DNA of 64,000 nucleotides from an uncultured Aquimarina sp. GTDB taxonomy: Bacteria > Bacteroidota > Bacteroidia > Flavobacteriales > Flavobacteriaceae. The translations under genes and the position numbers were made by a program. This document shows positions 19,369-30,800 of this stretch, piece after piece (position 1 is the first letter of the stretch; the number at the start of each line of letters is the position of its first letter). Location: the NCBI GenBank assembly GCA_947501475.1, contig CANMWA010000009.1, forward strand, positions 76,308 to 140,307, written 5' to 3'. The notes beneath the pieces were generated by a model. That model searched no databases, had not been told where the DNA came from, and worked only from the letters and a program-made list of their open reading frames with translations.

Positions 19369-19983
19369 AGCATCATTATTTTGAGGTTGGCTATTTAAAG
19401 TAAAAGTAATGTCTTTCATATTCTCTAGACACACAGTTTTAGAATTCGTCACGATTCAATTAGAATTCGTTTATGCTAAAAAAAGATATTATAGCAGCTA
19501 TAGATGTAGATCATAAAGTATAGCCAATATTTATAGGCTGTTATAAGAAATATTCTTAAATATTTAAGTAAACATTTTAATACTCTAGAACAGCTTTGTT
19601 GTTGTCTATTATTAAGTTGCATATAACAGGGTAGATGTTTTCGATAAGGTTTGTCAATACAGTTATTACGGTGTAACCTCAAGGTGAAAATTTAATTTTT
19701 AGATAACATTTTTTACTCATTTTTTTTTGTACCTTCACCATGATTACCCCGATAAAATTATGGGTTTAGCAACCCTCTTTTTTAATGATTTGTCATTTAC
19801 ATTCTAGTAAGATAAATCTTTTCCTATTGATATAAATGAGAGGAAGACTTATATGTTTCTCATATAAGTTTAATGCCAGAGATTTTTAAAATACGTTGAC
19901 AAAACATTTTTATTTAAAAAATGTGAAGACAGTTTCTGTTTTTTGTCAAAGAGGATTTCTATTGCTTAAAATTTAATTTTAAT

Positions 19984-20559
19984 ATGATATTTCAGGTATT
20001 GCAAATATTAAGAGAAGAGGTAAATGATTATTTTGAAGATTCTAATCCAGTATCATTAGCAAATATAGCTGCTGTATCTTCTGGAGATAATGATGAAGAT
20101 GATTCAGATATTATTTTAACCTTGATCAATATAGATGAAGAATCTACACTAAAGAATATACCTAATTATAAGATTGAAGGTACTACGGTTTCTTATAAAA
20201 ACCCTAAAGTAAATGTAAATCTCTATATCCTTTTTAGTGCAAATAATAATAGGTATACAGAAGCCTTAAAGAGTATCTCAAAAATAATTGAGTTTTTTCA
20301 AGGTAAAAGTGTATTTACACAATCCAACAGTAATTTTGATAGAGGAGATGCAGATATGCAAGGTATTGGTGATTTCAAGTTCATTACAGAATTATACACC
20401 CCTACATTCGAGCAGTTAAGTTATATCTGGGGGATATTAGGAGGTAAACAATATCCATCGGTACTATATAAATTGAGATTATTAGAGATCGAAAGAGATA
20501 TTGTACAAGCACAAGGTTCAGTGATTACAAAGATCGACACAACTATAAACAAAAATTAA
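19984..20559 (+). CDS. DUF4255 / Pvc16-Afp16-like tail terminator (cap)
   Basis: LTLINIDEE, VNLYILF.A, Y.EALK.IS.II.FFQ and QLSYIWG.LGG..YPSVLYK motifs. Confidence 0.88.
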   Translation: MIFQVLQILREEVNDYFEDSNPVSLANIAAVSSGDNDEDDSDIILTLINIDEESTLKNIPNYKIEGTTVSYKNPKVNVNLYILFSANNNRYTEALKSISKIIEFFQGKSVFTQSNSNFDRGDADMQGIGDFKFITELYTPTFEQLSYIWGILGGKQYPSVLYKLRLLEIERDIVQAQGSVITKIDTTINKN

Positions 20560-21560
20560 TGAGTTTTAGGATCGAATATAAGCCTTTGATAGATATTAAA
20601 ATTGATCATGATTATTTTTTGGATTATGGTATAACAAAGTTTGAGAATCTATCAGATGATGAACAAAAAGTTCAACGAGCTAGCTATCGTATTTCAGATT
20701 TTCTTTCTATTACACCGACATTAAAAACTAGACAGTGTCTTGTCGATCATAAAATTATCTTACGGCAATTAGATGATGGTTTTACATTATTAGCTAATGT
20801 TGATCAATATACGGCATCTAATGGAGGTGCAACTGTGTTTTGTCCTAAGATTCAGCCTTCAAAAGATTTGATGTTAACATTCGAACTTAGGTTTACCGAT
20901 GCTTACTATAGAAATTATACCGATAGTATTGAAGATGAGAAAAATAGTTTTTTTTATTTCTCGAATACAAGACCAGATGGTGAAGATAACTCGTTACCTA
21001 TCTTCTTTAAAAATAAAAATAAGCACACCAAATTTTTACTCAAACCAGAAACTAGTAGAAGCATCATGTTTGATATAATTACAAATGAGATTGCTCCTAT
21101 AAATTCTCTTGGTCTGGAAAATATTGTATTGATTAAAGAAGAAGAAATAGAAGAGCCTGAAAATGCAGCTTTATTAAATACGTATATAGCATCTAAAAAG
21201 AGTGGCGGTTTAATAGGATATTTTCGCTTTGGTATTAATGGAAATGGAGGTAATGATATTTTGACGGATACCAATGTAGAAATACCAGATGGTGCAGATG
21301 AGGAACTAGGGTGTTTACCTGATCAAGTACCAAGTCCAATAGTTAATTTCGAAAACAGAAAAACATTTTGGAGGTATATAAAATTAGATACCAATGAGAT
21401 ATTTACTACAAAAAAAGTACAACCACTTACAAAAAATGGATTTGTAGAACTCAAACCAAACAAGTTAGAACCAAAATTAAGTAATGTTTTTATTCTCAAC
21501 CCAGGCAAGGATGGGGTTAGAATAGAAGAAGATAAAATTTATTCAGAAATATTTATTTAA
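20559..21560 (+). CDS. eCIS-associated protein, probable cap adaptor
   Basis: TAATG overlap with the DUF4255 gene; IKIDHDYF and FENRKTFWRY motifs; position matches the second cap gene of Bacteroidota CIS. Confidence 0.5.
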   Translation: MSFRIEYKPLIDIKIDHDYFLDYGITKFENLSDDEQKVQRASYRISDFLSITPTLKTRQCLVDHKIILRQLDDGFTLLANVDQYTASNGGATVFCPKIQPSKDLMLTFELRFTDAYYRNYTDSIEDEKNSFFYFSNTRPDGEDNSLPIFFKNKNKHTKFLLKPETSRSIMFDIITNEIAPINSLGLENIVLIKEEEIEEPENAALLNTYIASKKSGGLIGYFRFGINGNGGNDILTDTNVEIPDGADEELGCLPDQVPSPIVNFENRKTFWRYIKLDTNEIFTTKKVQPLTKNGFVELKPNKLEPKLSNVFILNPGKDGVRIEEDKIYSEIFI

Positions 21561-21590
21561 AACCTTTATACAAATCAAAATTCATTAATT

Positions 21591-23492
21591 ATGGCAACGT
21601 ACAGCACACCAGGAGTATACATCGAGGAAATTGCCAAGTTTCCTCCTTCGGTAGCTCAAGTAGAAACTGCAATTCCGGCATTTATAGGATACACCGAAAA
21701 AGCAACAAACAAAAACAAGGGTGATCTTAAGGGATTGGCAACTCGTATCACATCAATGTTAGAGTATGAAACGTATTTTGGCTTTGCAAAACCAGAAACT
21801 GATATTGCTGTATCTGTAGTCGAAGATGTGATTTCTATCACCAAGCCTGCTACCGGTAAAACAGCATCTCCTTTTCTTATGTATTATTCTTTACAGCTGT
21901 ATTTTGCTAATGGAGGAGGGCCTTGTTATATTGTTTCTATAGGGCGTTATGGAGACGATCTAGATACAGATGATGTTGCAGCTACTGCAATTGCTAATAC
22001 AAATGCATTAAATGATGGACTTAAAATAATCGAAAAAATTGATGAACCTACATTGCTTTTGTTTCCTGATGCTACATCGGTAACCGATACAGATGCATTT
22101 TATGGTTTATATCAAAATGCATTATTACAGTGTAATAAATTGCAAGATAGATTTACAATCATCGATACAAATGGTTATGATAATACAAGTATAGTAGACC
22201 CTAATATTGAAGCATTACGTAATGGGATTACATTAGGTAAAGATTTCAAGAAATATGGTGCAGCATACTACCCTTTTGTAGAAACCATATTAGATTTCTT
22301 ATATAATGATGTAGATATACAGGTTACTGCAAGCTCAAGCAAATCATTTTCAGAATTAATAAATGCATCAGCAGCATCTTTTACTTCTTATACATCGCAA
22401 TTAATCAGTGCAAAAACTGCACTTACAGGAGTAACAGATACCAAGGCAAAAGAAATAAAAACAGATATAACGGCAATTACCAAGAATGTTGATAAGCTTT
22501 TAAAATCAACAATCACATCTATAGATGCTGTTGTAACTGCAGCTGGAGCAGAACCTGCTTTGGGAGCTATTGTTACAAAACTTAATGCATTAAAAACAAG
22601 CCTAGGAATTAGTTTAACAACAAGTTTAAATAAACTTAAAAGCGCAACAACACAAGCTAATATCCTAAAAGCTGTTGATACAAATGCTGATAGTATCTTT
22701 AAAACTTTAGGGATTAATGAAGCTGATATGTCGCAATCAACAATACTAAAAGCAATAAGCGATAATATAGATTCTTCTGATATGGCAACTCTTAATGTTA
22801 CTCTAGGAGATCAGGCTACAGTAGAAAGCAAAATAGATTGCCCTCTTAATGATCTAGAATCTTTTGATAATTCGTTATACAACCGTATTAAATCAGAGAT
22901 TGGTCAAGTGCCAGTAGTATTACCTCCAAGTAGTGCTATGGCAGGAGTGTATGCTAGAGTAGATAATAATCGTGGGGTATGGAAAGCACCTGCAAACGTT
23001 GGGTTAAACTATGTGATAAAACCTACAGTGCATATTTCTCATGAAGAGCAACAAACATTAAATATTCACACCACAGGAAAATCAATTAATGCCATACGAA
23101 CCTTTGCTGGTAAAGGAACATTAGTTTGGGGAGCAAGAACATTAACAGGTAATGATAACGAATGGAGATACGTATCTGTGCGACGTTTTTTCAATTTTGC
23201 TGAAGAGTCTATCAAAAAAGCAACCGAGCAATTTGTTTTTGAGCCCAATGATGCCAATACCTGGGTAAAAGTTAAAGCTATGATTACTAACTTCCTGAAT
23301 TTGCAGTGGAGAGCAGGAGCACTAGCCGGAGCAACACCAGATCAAGCATTTTATGTAAATGTAGGACTAGGCGAAACCATGACCGCTCAGGATATTCTAG
23401 AAGGATATATGTTTGTAGAAATAGGAATGGCAGTAGTACGTCCGGCAGAATTTATCATTCTTAAGTTCTCTCACAAAATGCAAGAGGCATAA
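21591..23492 (+). CDS. Phage tail sheath protein (Afp2/3/4-like)
   Basis: TPGVYIEE, AIPAFIGYT, PPSSAMAGVYARVDNNRGVWKAPANV, GTLVWGARTL, WRYVSVRR, IGMAVVRPAEFI. Confidence 0.96.
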   Translation: MATYSTPGVYIEEIAKFPPSVAQVETAIPAFIGYTEKATNKNKGDLKGLATRITSMLEYETYFGFAKPETDIAVSVVEDVISITKPATGKTASPFLMYYSLQLYFANGGGPCYIVSIGRYGDDLDTDDVAATAIANTNALNDGLKIIEKIDEPTLLLFPDATSVTDTDAFYGLYQNALLQCNKLQDRFTIIDTNGYDNTSIVDPNIEALRNGITLGKDFKKYGAAYYPFVETILDFLYNDVDIQVTASSSKSFSELINASAASFTSYTSQLISAKTALTGVTDTKAKEIKTDITAITKNVDKLLKSTITSIDAVVTAAGAEPALGAIVTKLNALKTSLGISLTTSLNKLKSATTQANILKAVDTNADSIFKTLGINEADMSQSTILKAISDNIDSSDMATLNVTLGDQATVESKIDCPLNDLESFDNSLYNRIKSEIGQVPVVLPPSSAMAGVYARVDNNRGVWKAPANVGLNYVIKPTVHISHEEQQTLNIHTTGKSINAIRTFAGKGTLVWGARTLTGNDNEWRYVSVRRFFNFAEESIKKATEQFVFEPNDANTWVKVKAMITNFLNLQWRAGALAGATPDQAFYVNVGLGETMTAQDILEGYMFVEIGMAVVRPAEFIILKFSHKMQEA

Positions 23493-23533
23493 GCAATAAA
23501 ATCATCTAATAATAATTATTAAAGCATAAAAAA

Positions 23534-23977
23534 ATGGCAACAACATATCCATTACCTAAGTTTCATTTTAGAGTATCTTTCGGAGATTCAGAGTTTAACT
23601 GTACCGAAGTCTCAGGTTTAGATTTTGAAAGAGAAATGATCGAATATCGAGCGGGTGCAGATAACGAGTATCATAAAACTAAGCAACCCGGGCTTTCAAA
23701 ATACAGTAATATTACCGTTAAAAGAGGAACATTTGTTGATACCAACAAACAATTCTATGACCAATGGGTAAAAACTGTATATTTCCAAGAAGGCGAAGAA
23801 CAATATCGAGGAGATCTTACCATAAGCCTTTTAGATGAAAAACATGAGCCTGTAGTTACCTGGAAAGCAGAACGTGCTTATGTTACCAAAATACAGTCGA
23901 CAGATCTTAAAGCAGATGGTAACGAGATTGCTATCGAAACAGCAGAGTTTGTTCATGAAAAATTATCCTTGTTATAA
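23534..23977 (+). CDS. gp19-like tail tube protein (Afp1-like)
   Basis: YPLPKFHFRV, FNCTEVSGL, IEYRAG, KQPGLSKYSNITVKRG, DLKADGNEIAIE. Confidence 0.95.
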   Translation: MATTYPLPKFHFRVSFGDSEFNCTEVSGLDFEREMIEYRAGADNEYHKTKQPGLSKYSNITVKRGTFVDTNKQFYDQWVKTVYFQEGEEQYRGDLTISLLDEKHEPVVTWKAERAYVTKIQSTDLKADGNEIAIETAEFVHEKLSLL

Positions 23978-24423
23978 TGGCTTCGTACTATCCGCCAGTA
24001 GGTTTTCATTTTAAAGTCGAGTTTCAGGATATAAAAGGTGAAGTTAAAATTAATGATTATCAATTTCAATCGGTTTCTGGTCTTTCTGTAGATCTAGAAA
24101 CCGAAGAAGTTGCAGAAGGAGGAGAAAATAGGTTCAAACATAAAATACCTGTAAGAACAAAGTATCCTAATCTGGTTTTAAAACGAGGCTTATTGCTCGA
24201 TTCTGATTTGATAGAATGGTGTAGAAAAGCTATTGAAAATTTTGATATTAAACCCATCAACCTTACTGTGATGTTACTCAATGAAAAGCATGAACCTCTA
24301 TTAACATGGAGTGTAACACATGCATATCCTGTAAAATGGGTAGTCGAAGATTTTAATGCTGAAGAAAATAAACTGGTGATAGAATCACTTGAGCTTACAT
24401 ACAATTATTTCGAAACTTTATAA
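23977..24423 (+). CDS. Second gp19-like tube protein (Afp5-like)
   Basis: YPPVGFHFKV, FQSVSGL, EGGENRF, YPNLVLKRG, AYPVKW; TAATG coupling to the first tube gene. Confidence 0.93.
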   Translation: MASYYPPVGFHFKVEFQDIKGEVKINDYQFQSVSGLSVDLETEEVAEGGENRFKHKIPVRTKYPNLVLKRGLLLDSDLIEWCRKAIENFDIKPINLTVMLLNEKHEPLLTWSVTHAYPVKWVVEDFNAEENKLVIESLELTYNYFETL

Positions 24424-24433
24424 ATGTTATCTG

Positions 24434-24595
24434 ATGCCGATAGAAATTAAAGAATTACATATCAAAATCAATGTAGATGAAGGTAAAGGCAAACAACCTC
24501 CTATAGAGGTGAATAGTAAGAAAGAAAAATCAGCATTGGTTGCAGCTTGTGTAGAGCAGGTTATGGAAATTTTGGAAAAGCAGCAGGAACGTTAA
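24434..24595 (+). CDS. Small eCIS protein, DUF5908-like
   Basis: MPIEIKELHIKINV...CVEQVMEILEKQQER; ATG at 24434 is preferred over 24389. Confidence 0.75.
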   Translation: MPIEIKELHIKINVDEGKGKQPPIEVNSKKEKSALVAACVEQVMEILEKQQER

Positions 24596-24602
24596 AATTA
24601 TT

Positions 24603-25334
24603 TTGATTATGAGCGAAGGAAAATTACAGAAACTAATTATAAGATGCTATAAAGATGAAAAGTTTAATGAGGAGTTACCTCAACTAAAATATACAGCATT
24701 ACTAAATCCAGAAACCTATAGTTTTTCACTTAAAACAGAAGTTCAGGAAGATCAAGCTCAAGGAACTAGCTCTGATGATGTAAAATTTATCAGATCAATC
24801 CCAGAAGACCTTGATTTAGAATTTCTTTTTGATCGTACCGGGGTAATCGTACATTATGGAGATGATCCAAAATCAAGTAATGATGACAAGGTATATAAAG
24901 ATAAAGGTAACGGAATCATTGATGATCTAGAGGCTTTTAAGAAAGCAGTGTATGAGTATAATGGGGACACCCATAAACCTAATTATCTTAAGGTTATTTG
25001 GGGGTCACTTACTTTTCCTTGCCTTTTGGTTTCTATGGATGTTGAGTATAAATTATTCAAACCCGATGGTACTCCTTTAAGAGCAATCGTTAAGGCAAAG
25101 TTTAAAAAGTTTATAGAAAAAGAAAAACGAGCCAAGGAGCAGAATGATCAATCTCCAGACCTTACACACTATAGAGTGGTTAAAGCAGGAGATACGCTGC
25201 CCTTAATGACCTATAGAATTTACGGAGATCCAAAGTATTATCTAGAAATAGCAAGAGTGAATAACATCAGTAATTTTAGGAAACTTGCCATAGGTCAGGA
25301 ATTATATTTTCCACCTTTACAAAAACAATCGTAG
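24603..25334 (+). CDS. CIS tube initiator with LysM domain (Afp7-like)
   Basis: LLNPETYS, FLFDRTG, HKPNYLKVIWG, LFKPDGTPLRA; C-terminal LysM VVKAGDTLPLMTYRIYGDPKYYLEIARVN. Confidence 0.9.
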   Translation: MIMSEGKLQKLIIRCYKDEKFNEELPQLKYTALLNPETYSFSLKTEVQEDQAQGTSSDDVKFIRSIPEDLDLEFLFDRTGVIVHYGDDPKSSNDDKVYKDKGNGIIDDLEAFKKAVYEYNGDTHKPNYLKVIWGSLTFPCLLVSMDVEYKLFKPDGTPLRAIVKAKFKKFIEKEKRAKEQNDQSPDLTHYRVVKAGDTLPLMTYRIYGDPKYYLEIARVNNISNFRKLAIGQELYFPPLQKQS

Positions 25335-27080
25335 ATGAATAACAGTGGTGTCATACAAACTTCTAAGAGTTCGGATCTGGTTACTTTTAAAGTACTTGTT
25401 GATGGGCAAGAACTGTCTAAAGTATATCAAGTAAAAAGTATTCATATACACAAAGAAGTAAATAGAATACCTACAGCACAATTAGTACTTCTAGATGGAG
25501 ACGCTTCTGCTAGGGATTTTCAATTAAGTAATGATGAGTTTTTGATACCAGGTAAAGAAATTGAAATTACAGCCGGCTATCATTCTGATGAAGAAACTAT
25601 TTTTAAAGGGATCGTTATCAAACACAACCTCAGAATAAGATCTCATACAAGTCAATTGGTAATCGAGTGTAAAGATGAGTCTGTAAAGCTTACTATAGGT
25701 AAAAAAAGTAAATATTTTTATGAGAGTACAGATAGCGACATTTTTGAAGAAATCATAGGAACCTATGGGCTAGAAAGCGATGTAGAAGCTACAAATTTTT
25801 CTCATCCAGAGCTAGTACAGTATAATTCGTCTGATTGGGATTTTATATTGGCTAGAGCTCAAGCCAATGGTAAATTGTGTTTTGTTGATGATGGAACAAT
25901 AAGTGTTAAAGTACCAGATCTGGGACAAGCCGAAATAGAGACAATAACCTATGGGGCTACATTACTCGATTTTGATGCAGAGATCGATGCAAGACATCAA
26001 ATTAGTAAAGTTTCATCGTATTCATGGAGTTATGCAGATCAAGAATTATTAGAAATTGAAGCAAATGATCCAGCGGTTTCACTTAATGGAAACCTAAGCG
26101 CAGATGATTTATCACAAACGATAGGGCTCGAAAACCTAGAACTAAGACATGGTGGGGCAGTTACCGATACCGAATTACAAGATTGGGCAGATGCCAAATG
26201 GTTATTTCAACAATTATCAAAAGTTCGCGGTCGTGTAAAATTTCAAGGAATACCGCAAGTAAAACCAAATACCATACTTAAGTTAGAAGGAGTTGGAGAT
26301 CGATTTAATGGTAATGTGTATGTAACTGGAGTACGACATAGCCTTACCGAAGGAAACTGGACGGTAGATGCTCAATTTGGATTAAATCCAGAATGGTTTT
26401 CTGAAACCTATGATATTAATGCTACACCAGCATCTGGATTACTTCCAGCCATTCAAGGATTACAAATAGGGGTTGTGTCCCAATTGCAAGATGATCCCGA
26501 TGGCGAAGAACGTATACTAGTACAAATACCTATTATTGATAATCAAGAGCAAGGTATTTGGTGTAGAATGGCATCATTAGATGCAGGCGAAAATAGAGGC
26601 GCTTTTTTTAGACCCGAAATAGGAGATGAGGTTATTATTGGTTTTATCAATGAGGATCCAAATGATGCTGTAGTTTTAGGAATGCTTCATAGTAGTGCAA
26701 AACCAGCACCTATAACTGCTGCAGATGATAATCATGAAAAAGGATTTGTAACCCGTAGTGAGATGAAGGTACTTTTTGATGATGATAAAAAAACAATTAA
26801 TATTTCTACACCCGCAGGAAAACATATAGCATTAGATGAAGACGCTGGAACAATAATTATTGAAGATGAAAACGCTAATGTTGTGACTATAGATAGCGCA
26901 GGTATTCTTATGGAAAGTGCCGGCAATATAGAACTCAAAGCCTCTGGAGATGTAACCATCGAAGGAACTAATGTAAATATTACGGCAAGCGCAGCCTTTA
27001 AAGCCGAAGGCTCTTCTGGAGCCGAAGTCTCTTCTGGTGCAACAGCAGTGTTAAAAGGATCATTAGTGCAAATAAATTAG
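25335..27080 (+). CDS. vgrG: VgrG-like spike (Afp8-like)
   Basis: EVNRIPTAQL, QYNSSDWDFILARAQANG, FFRPEIGDEV...FINEDP..AVVLGMLH, gp5-like C-terminal beta repeats. Confidence 0.93.
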   Translation: MNNSGVIQTSKSSDLVTFKVLVDGQELSKVYQVKSIHIHKEVNRIPTAQLVLLDGDASARDFQLSNDEFLIPGKEIEITAGYHSDEETIFKGIVIKHNLRIRSHTSQLVIECKDESVKLTIGKKSKYFYESTDSDIFEEIIGTYGLESDVEATNFSHPELVQYNSSDWDFILARAQANGKLCFVDDGTISVKVPDLGQAEIETITYGATLLDFDAEIDARHQISKVSSYSWSYADQELLEIEANDPAVSLNGNLSADDLSQTIGLENLELRHGGAVTDTELQDWADAKWLFQQLSKVRGRVKFQGIPQVKPNTILKLEGVGDRFNGNVYVTGVRHSLTEGNWTVDAQFGLNPEWFSETYDINATPASGLLPAIQGLQIGVVSQLQDDPDGEERILVQIPIIDNQEQGIWCRMASLDAGENRGAFFRPEIGDEVIIGFINEDPNDAVVLGMLHSSAKPAPITAADDNHEKGFVTRSEMKVLFDDDKKTINISTPAGKHIALDEDAGTIIIEDENANVVTIDSAGILMESAGNIELKASGDVTIEGTNVNITASAAFKAEGSSGAEVSSGATAVLKGSLVQIN

Positions 27081-27120
27081 AAAGTATTGAACAAATAATA
27101 AAATTAAAGAATAATACAAT

Positions 27121-27411
27121 ATGCCACCAGCAGCAAGAATAAATGATATGCATGTTTGCCCAATGGTCAACCCAGGAGGAGCACCTCATGTAGGAGGGCC
27201 AATTTTACCAGCAGGAGAACCTACAGTATTAATTGCTGGGGTGCCAGCGGCTAGAGTAGGAGATATGGCAACATGTAGTGGTCCACCAGACTCAATAGTA
27301 GCTGGATCGGGGACTGTGATGATAGGAGGCATGCCAGCAGCACGTATGGGAGACTCTACAGCACATGGAGGATCTATAGTAGTAGGAGAACCAACGGTAA
27401 TGATAGGATAA
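27121..27411 (+). CDS. PAAR spike tip (Afp10-like)
   Basis: Three PAAR motifs; Cys/His metal ligands (HVCP, PH, C, H). Confidence 0.96.
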   Translation: MPPAARINDMHVCPMVNPGGAPHVGGPILPAGEPTVLIAGVPAARVGDMATCSGPPDSIVAGSGTVMIGGMPAARMGDSTAHGGSIVVGEPTVMIG

Positions 27412-27412
27412 T

Positions 27413-27823
27413 ATGGAAAATAAAAAATCTTTTTTAGGAGTAGGTTGGAGTTTTCCTCCAGAATTTAGCAAGAATGCTAAAAGTGTAAAAATGATTTCTG
27501 ATGAAGAGGATATCAAGAGTAGCCTCGAAATTCTATTAACTACACGTTTGACTGAGCGAGTAATGTTTCCGGATTATGGGTGTAATCTAGATGAACTTTT
27601 ATTTGAGAGTCTAAATAGAACATTAATCACCTATGTTTCTGAATTGATAAAAACAGCTATTCTTTATCATGAACCAAGAATAGATGCAGACCGTATAGAT
27701 ATTACCGAGAGTGATACACTGCAAGGAGAATTATTTATTAAGGTAGAATATATCATAAGAGCAACAAATTCTCGAAGTAATGTAGTGTTTCCATTTTATT
27801 TAGAAGAAGGAACTGATATTTAA
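27413..27823 (+). CDS. gp25-like baseplate protein (Afp9-like)
   Basis: FLGVGWSFPP, DIKSSLEILLTT...ERVMFPDYGC, HEPRI, NVVFPFY. Confidence 0.93.
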   Translation: MENKKSFLGVGWSFPPEFSKNAKSVKMISDEEDIKSSLEILLTTRLTERVMFPDYGCNLDELLFESLNRTLITYVSELIKTAILYHEPRIDADRIDITESDTLQGELFIKVEYIIRATNSRSNVVFPFYLEEGTDI

Positions 27824-27839
27824 TTCTTAAAACCAAACA

Positions 27840-30800
27840 ATGTCAGAAAAATGTGAAAATATTGATAGTATCCTAAGAAGAAATGCTAGGGATCAAGAAC
27901 AACGATATAATAAAATACTCGACCCAGATAGTCTAAAACTACATGATTTAGAAATCGAGGATTGGATGTTATTTGCATATAACTTTGCAAAACACATCAA
28001 CTATTTCAAACCAGAAAATGATAGCGCTCCTTCAGGAGATTGGCAGGATTTATTTCGTTATTTTAGTTTTAATGGTGATACTATTCCCTTACGAGGTGAA
28101 TCAGCATATCAAAAACTAAAAGATGAGATTACGGCAACGCTTGCGGCGCAAGAAAAAGAAGGAGAAGTTACTCCTCACTTTACCTTGTTTATTTGTTTTC
28201 TTAAATTATTAAGTCTGTCGCAAGAAAGATTTAATGGACTCACCAAAAGACACCTCGATTTTTATTATAAAGAAATCCTGAAAGTTGAAAAACTCGCTCC
28301 AGAAGCAGATAAAGTACATGTTTTATTCGAAATTGCTAAAAAAAGTGTTAACGAACGAGTGGCAGAAGGAACAGAATTAGATAGCGGTAAAGATGCAGAC
28401 GGGAATAAACGTATTTATAAAACTTCAGAAGAATTAATAGCCAATAAGGCACAAGTAGCTGTACTCAAGAATATCCATAACGATTTTAATTCAAAAGATT
28501 TAAAAGTAAGTGAAATAGCAAATTCTTATGGTGGTAATGGAGATGATTTTCCGGATACCGAAACCAATTGGTGGCCTTTTGGATACCCTAGTACCGAAAC
28601 CAATTATCCAGAATTAGATACTGCTTCAATTGGTTTTTCTATCGCCTCGCCGTTATTATTACTTCAAGAAGGAAAACGTAAGGTAACAATTACTATTTCC
28701 TTTCAAGAAACATTAGAATCAATGGATCCTCAGGATTTGGCAGATGTTATAGAGTTTTATGGCACTGGTGAAGAAGATTGGGTAGGGCCATTTAAACTTG
28801 ATAGTAATGAAACAAAAATTCAAGATAAACAATTAATACTTGGTTTTACTTTAGAGAAAGATATACCAGGTATTGTTGGTTATAATCCAGAGATAATACC
28901 AGGGGCGTATGATACTGCGTTTCCGATATTTCGGTTTTTGATAGATCAAAACAAAGAAATAGATCAAGATGGGGAGGTTGTTTCATCAAAAGGATACTCA
29001 TTGTATACCAAGATTGCCACCAAAACTCTTGAATCCATAAAAATATTTGTAGATGTAGATGATGTGACATCACTAGCTTTAGAGAATGATACAGGGGTGC
29101 TTAATGCAAATAAACCTTTCTATCCTTTTACTACGCAACCAGTCATTAAATCAAATTTTTATATCGATTACCCAGAGTTGTTTTCTAAACAATGGAGAAA
29201 TATGAGAGTACAAGTCGAGTGGAAAAATACACCACCAAGCTTTAATACTTTGTATAAAGATTATGGGACTGCTTATCAAGATATACAGGATAGCTATTTT
29301 ACAGCAAAAACAGAGATCCTAAGAAAAGAAATATGGGAAAAAGAAGACCAGCTTAGGTTGTTTACTATCAATGAAGGAGTATATACTGCCGATCATATAA
29401 TAAATAATACAAATGACCATCTGGCGGGTTCTAGCGGTCCGTTACGATTTTCATTAAACAAATCATTTTTACATAGTATTTTTCCAAGAGTGTATGCAAT
29501 TGCTATTGCTCAGGCAATTAAAGATCCTAAGCTTCCAGTGCCAGGAGAACCGTATACCCCATTAATAGAAACCATATCATTAGACTATGAAGCGGAAGAG
29601 ATTACGTACTTTTCTAAATACAATAAAAGAAGAAAATATTATACGAATGTAATTGATGAAAAAGGGTATCGTCAAAACCGGATCAAATTATTTCATGAAA
29701 ATGCTTTTGGACAACATGAAGAGCATGGATACCTTAAGAAGGTAAAAAAAGATAATGATATCCTGGATCAGGATGATTTTAATACTACTATTGCTGCGCA
29801 AGAAAACTCCTTAAGCGAATTTGAAGTTCAAGATATACAGAACAACAGTACGCTTATTCCAACATATTGTAGAGGAGGTTCATTGCTTATTGGATTAGAA
29901 GAAGCACAGATAAATCAACAAATTTCATTACTAATACAAGTGCTCGAAGGAAGTGAAAACCCAAATGATGAAGGTTTTTTATCTAATCAACGAGTAGAAT
30001 GGTCAGTTTTGTGTAGCAATCACTGGAAAGATATTCAGGACGATATCATTATCAATAGTACAGATAATTTATTAAAATCTGGAATTATAAAATTCGGAAT
30101 TCCAAAACAAGCGACCTCTCAAAATACTCGATTACCAGATGGATACATCTGGATAAGAGCAAGAATTCATAAAAAATATAATGCCGTTAGTAAAGTAAAA
30201 GCAATTCATGCTCAAGCGGTAGTTGCAGTTTTTGATGATCGAAATAATGAATTATCTCATTTAGAGAATAGCCTACCTAATGGTAGTATAAGTAAGTTGA
30301 TCACTAGAGTACCACAGATCAAGTCCATTAGTCAACCGTATAATTCTTTTGATGGAAGCCCTCAAGAATCAGATGAAACGTATTATAGACGTATTAGTGA
30401 ACGACTACGTCATAAAAATAGAGCAATAACACTATGGGATTATGAAAACCTGGTATTACAAAAATTTCCAGAAATCTATCAGGTAAAATGCCTTAATCAT
30501 ACTAATATGTTGGTGTCACCACCATCATTTTTATCACCAGGACATGTAGCACTGGTAGTTATACCTGATACAATTAATAAAAATGTGTTTGATATTTTTC
30601 AACCTAGAGTTAGTAAAGCCACATTAAATAAAGTAAAGCGGTATATAAATAAATTAAACACGATGCATGTCACTACAGAGGTAGTTAACCCTACCTATGA
30701 AGAAGTAGAAATATCACTTTCAGTTAAGTTTTTTGATCAATATGACGAAAATTTTTATACCAAACAATTAAGCGAAGATATAACCAAGTTTTTATCGCCA

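Noticed and set aside
19476-19682. 68-aa - strand ORF upstream of the eCIS
   Set aside because: TTG/weak start, no family features, AT-rich intergenic DNA.
19680-19983. ops/antitermination site or clear promoter for the 34-kb eCIS operon
   Set aside because: I looked for a GGCGGTAG-type ops element and a canonical TAnnTTTG; only weak variants (e.g. TACCTTCA near 19729) were found, too weak to call.
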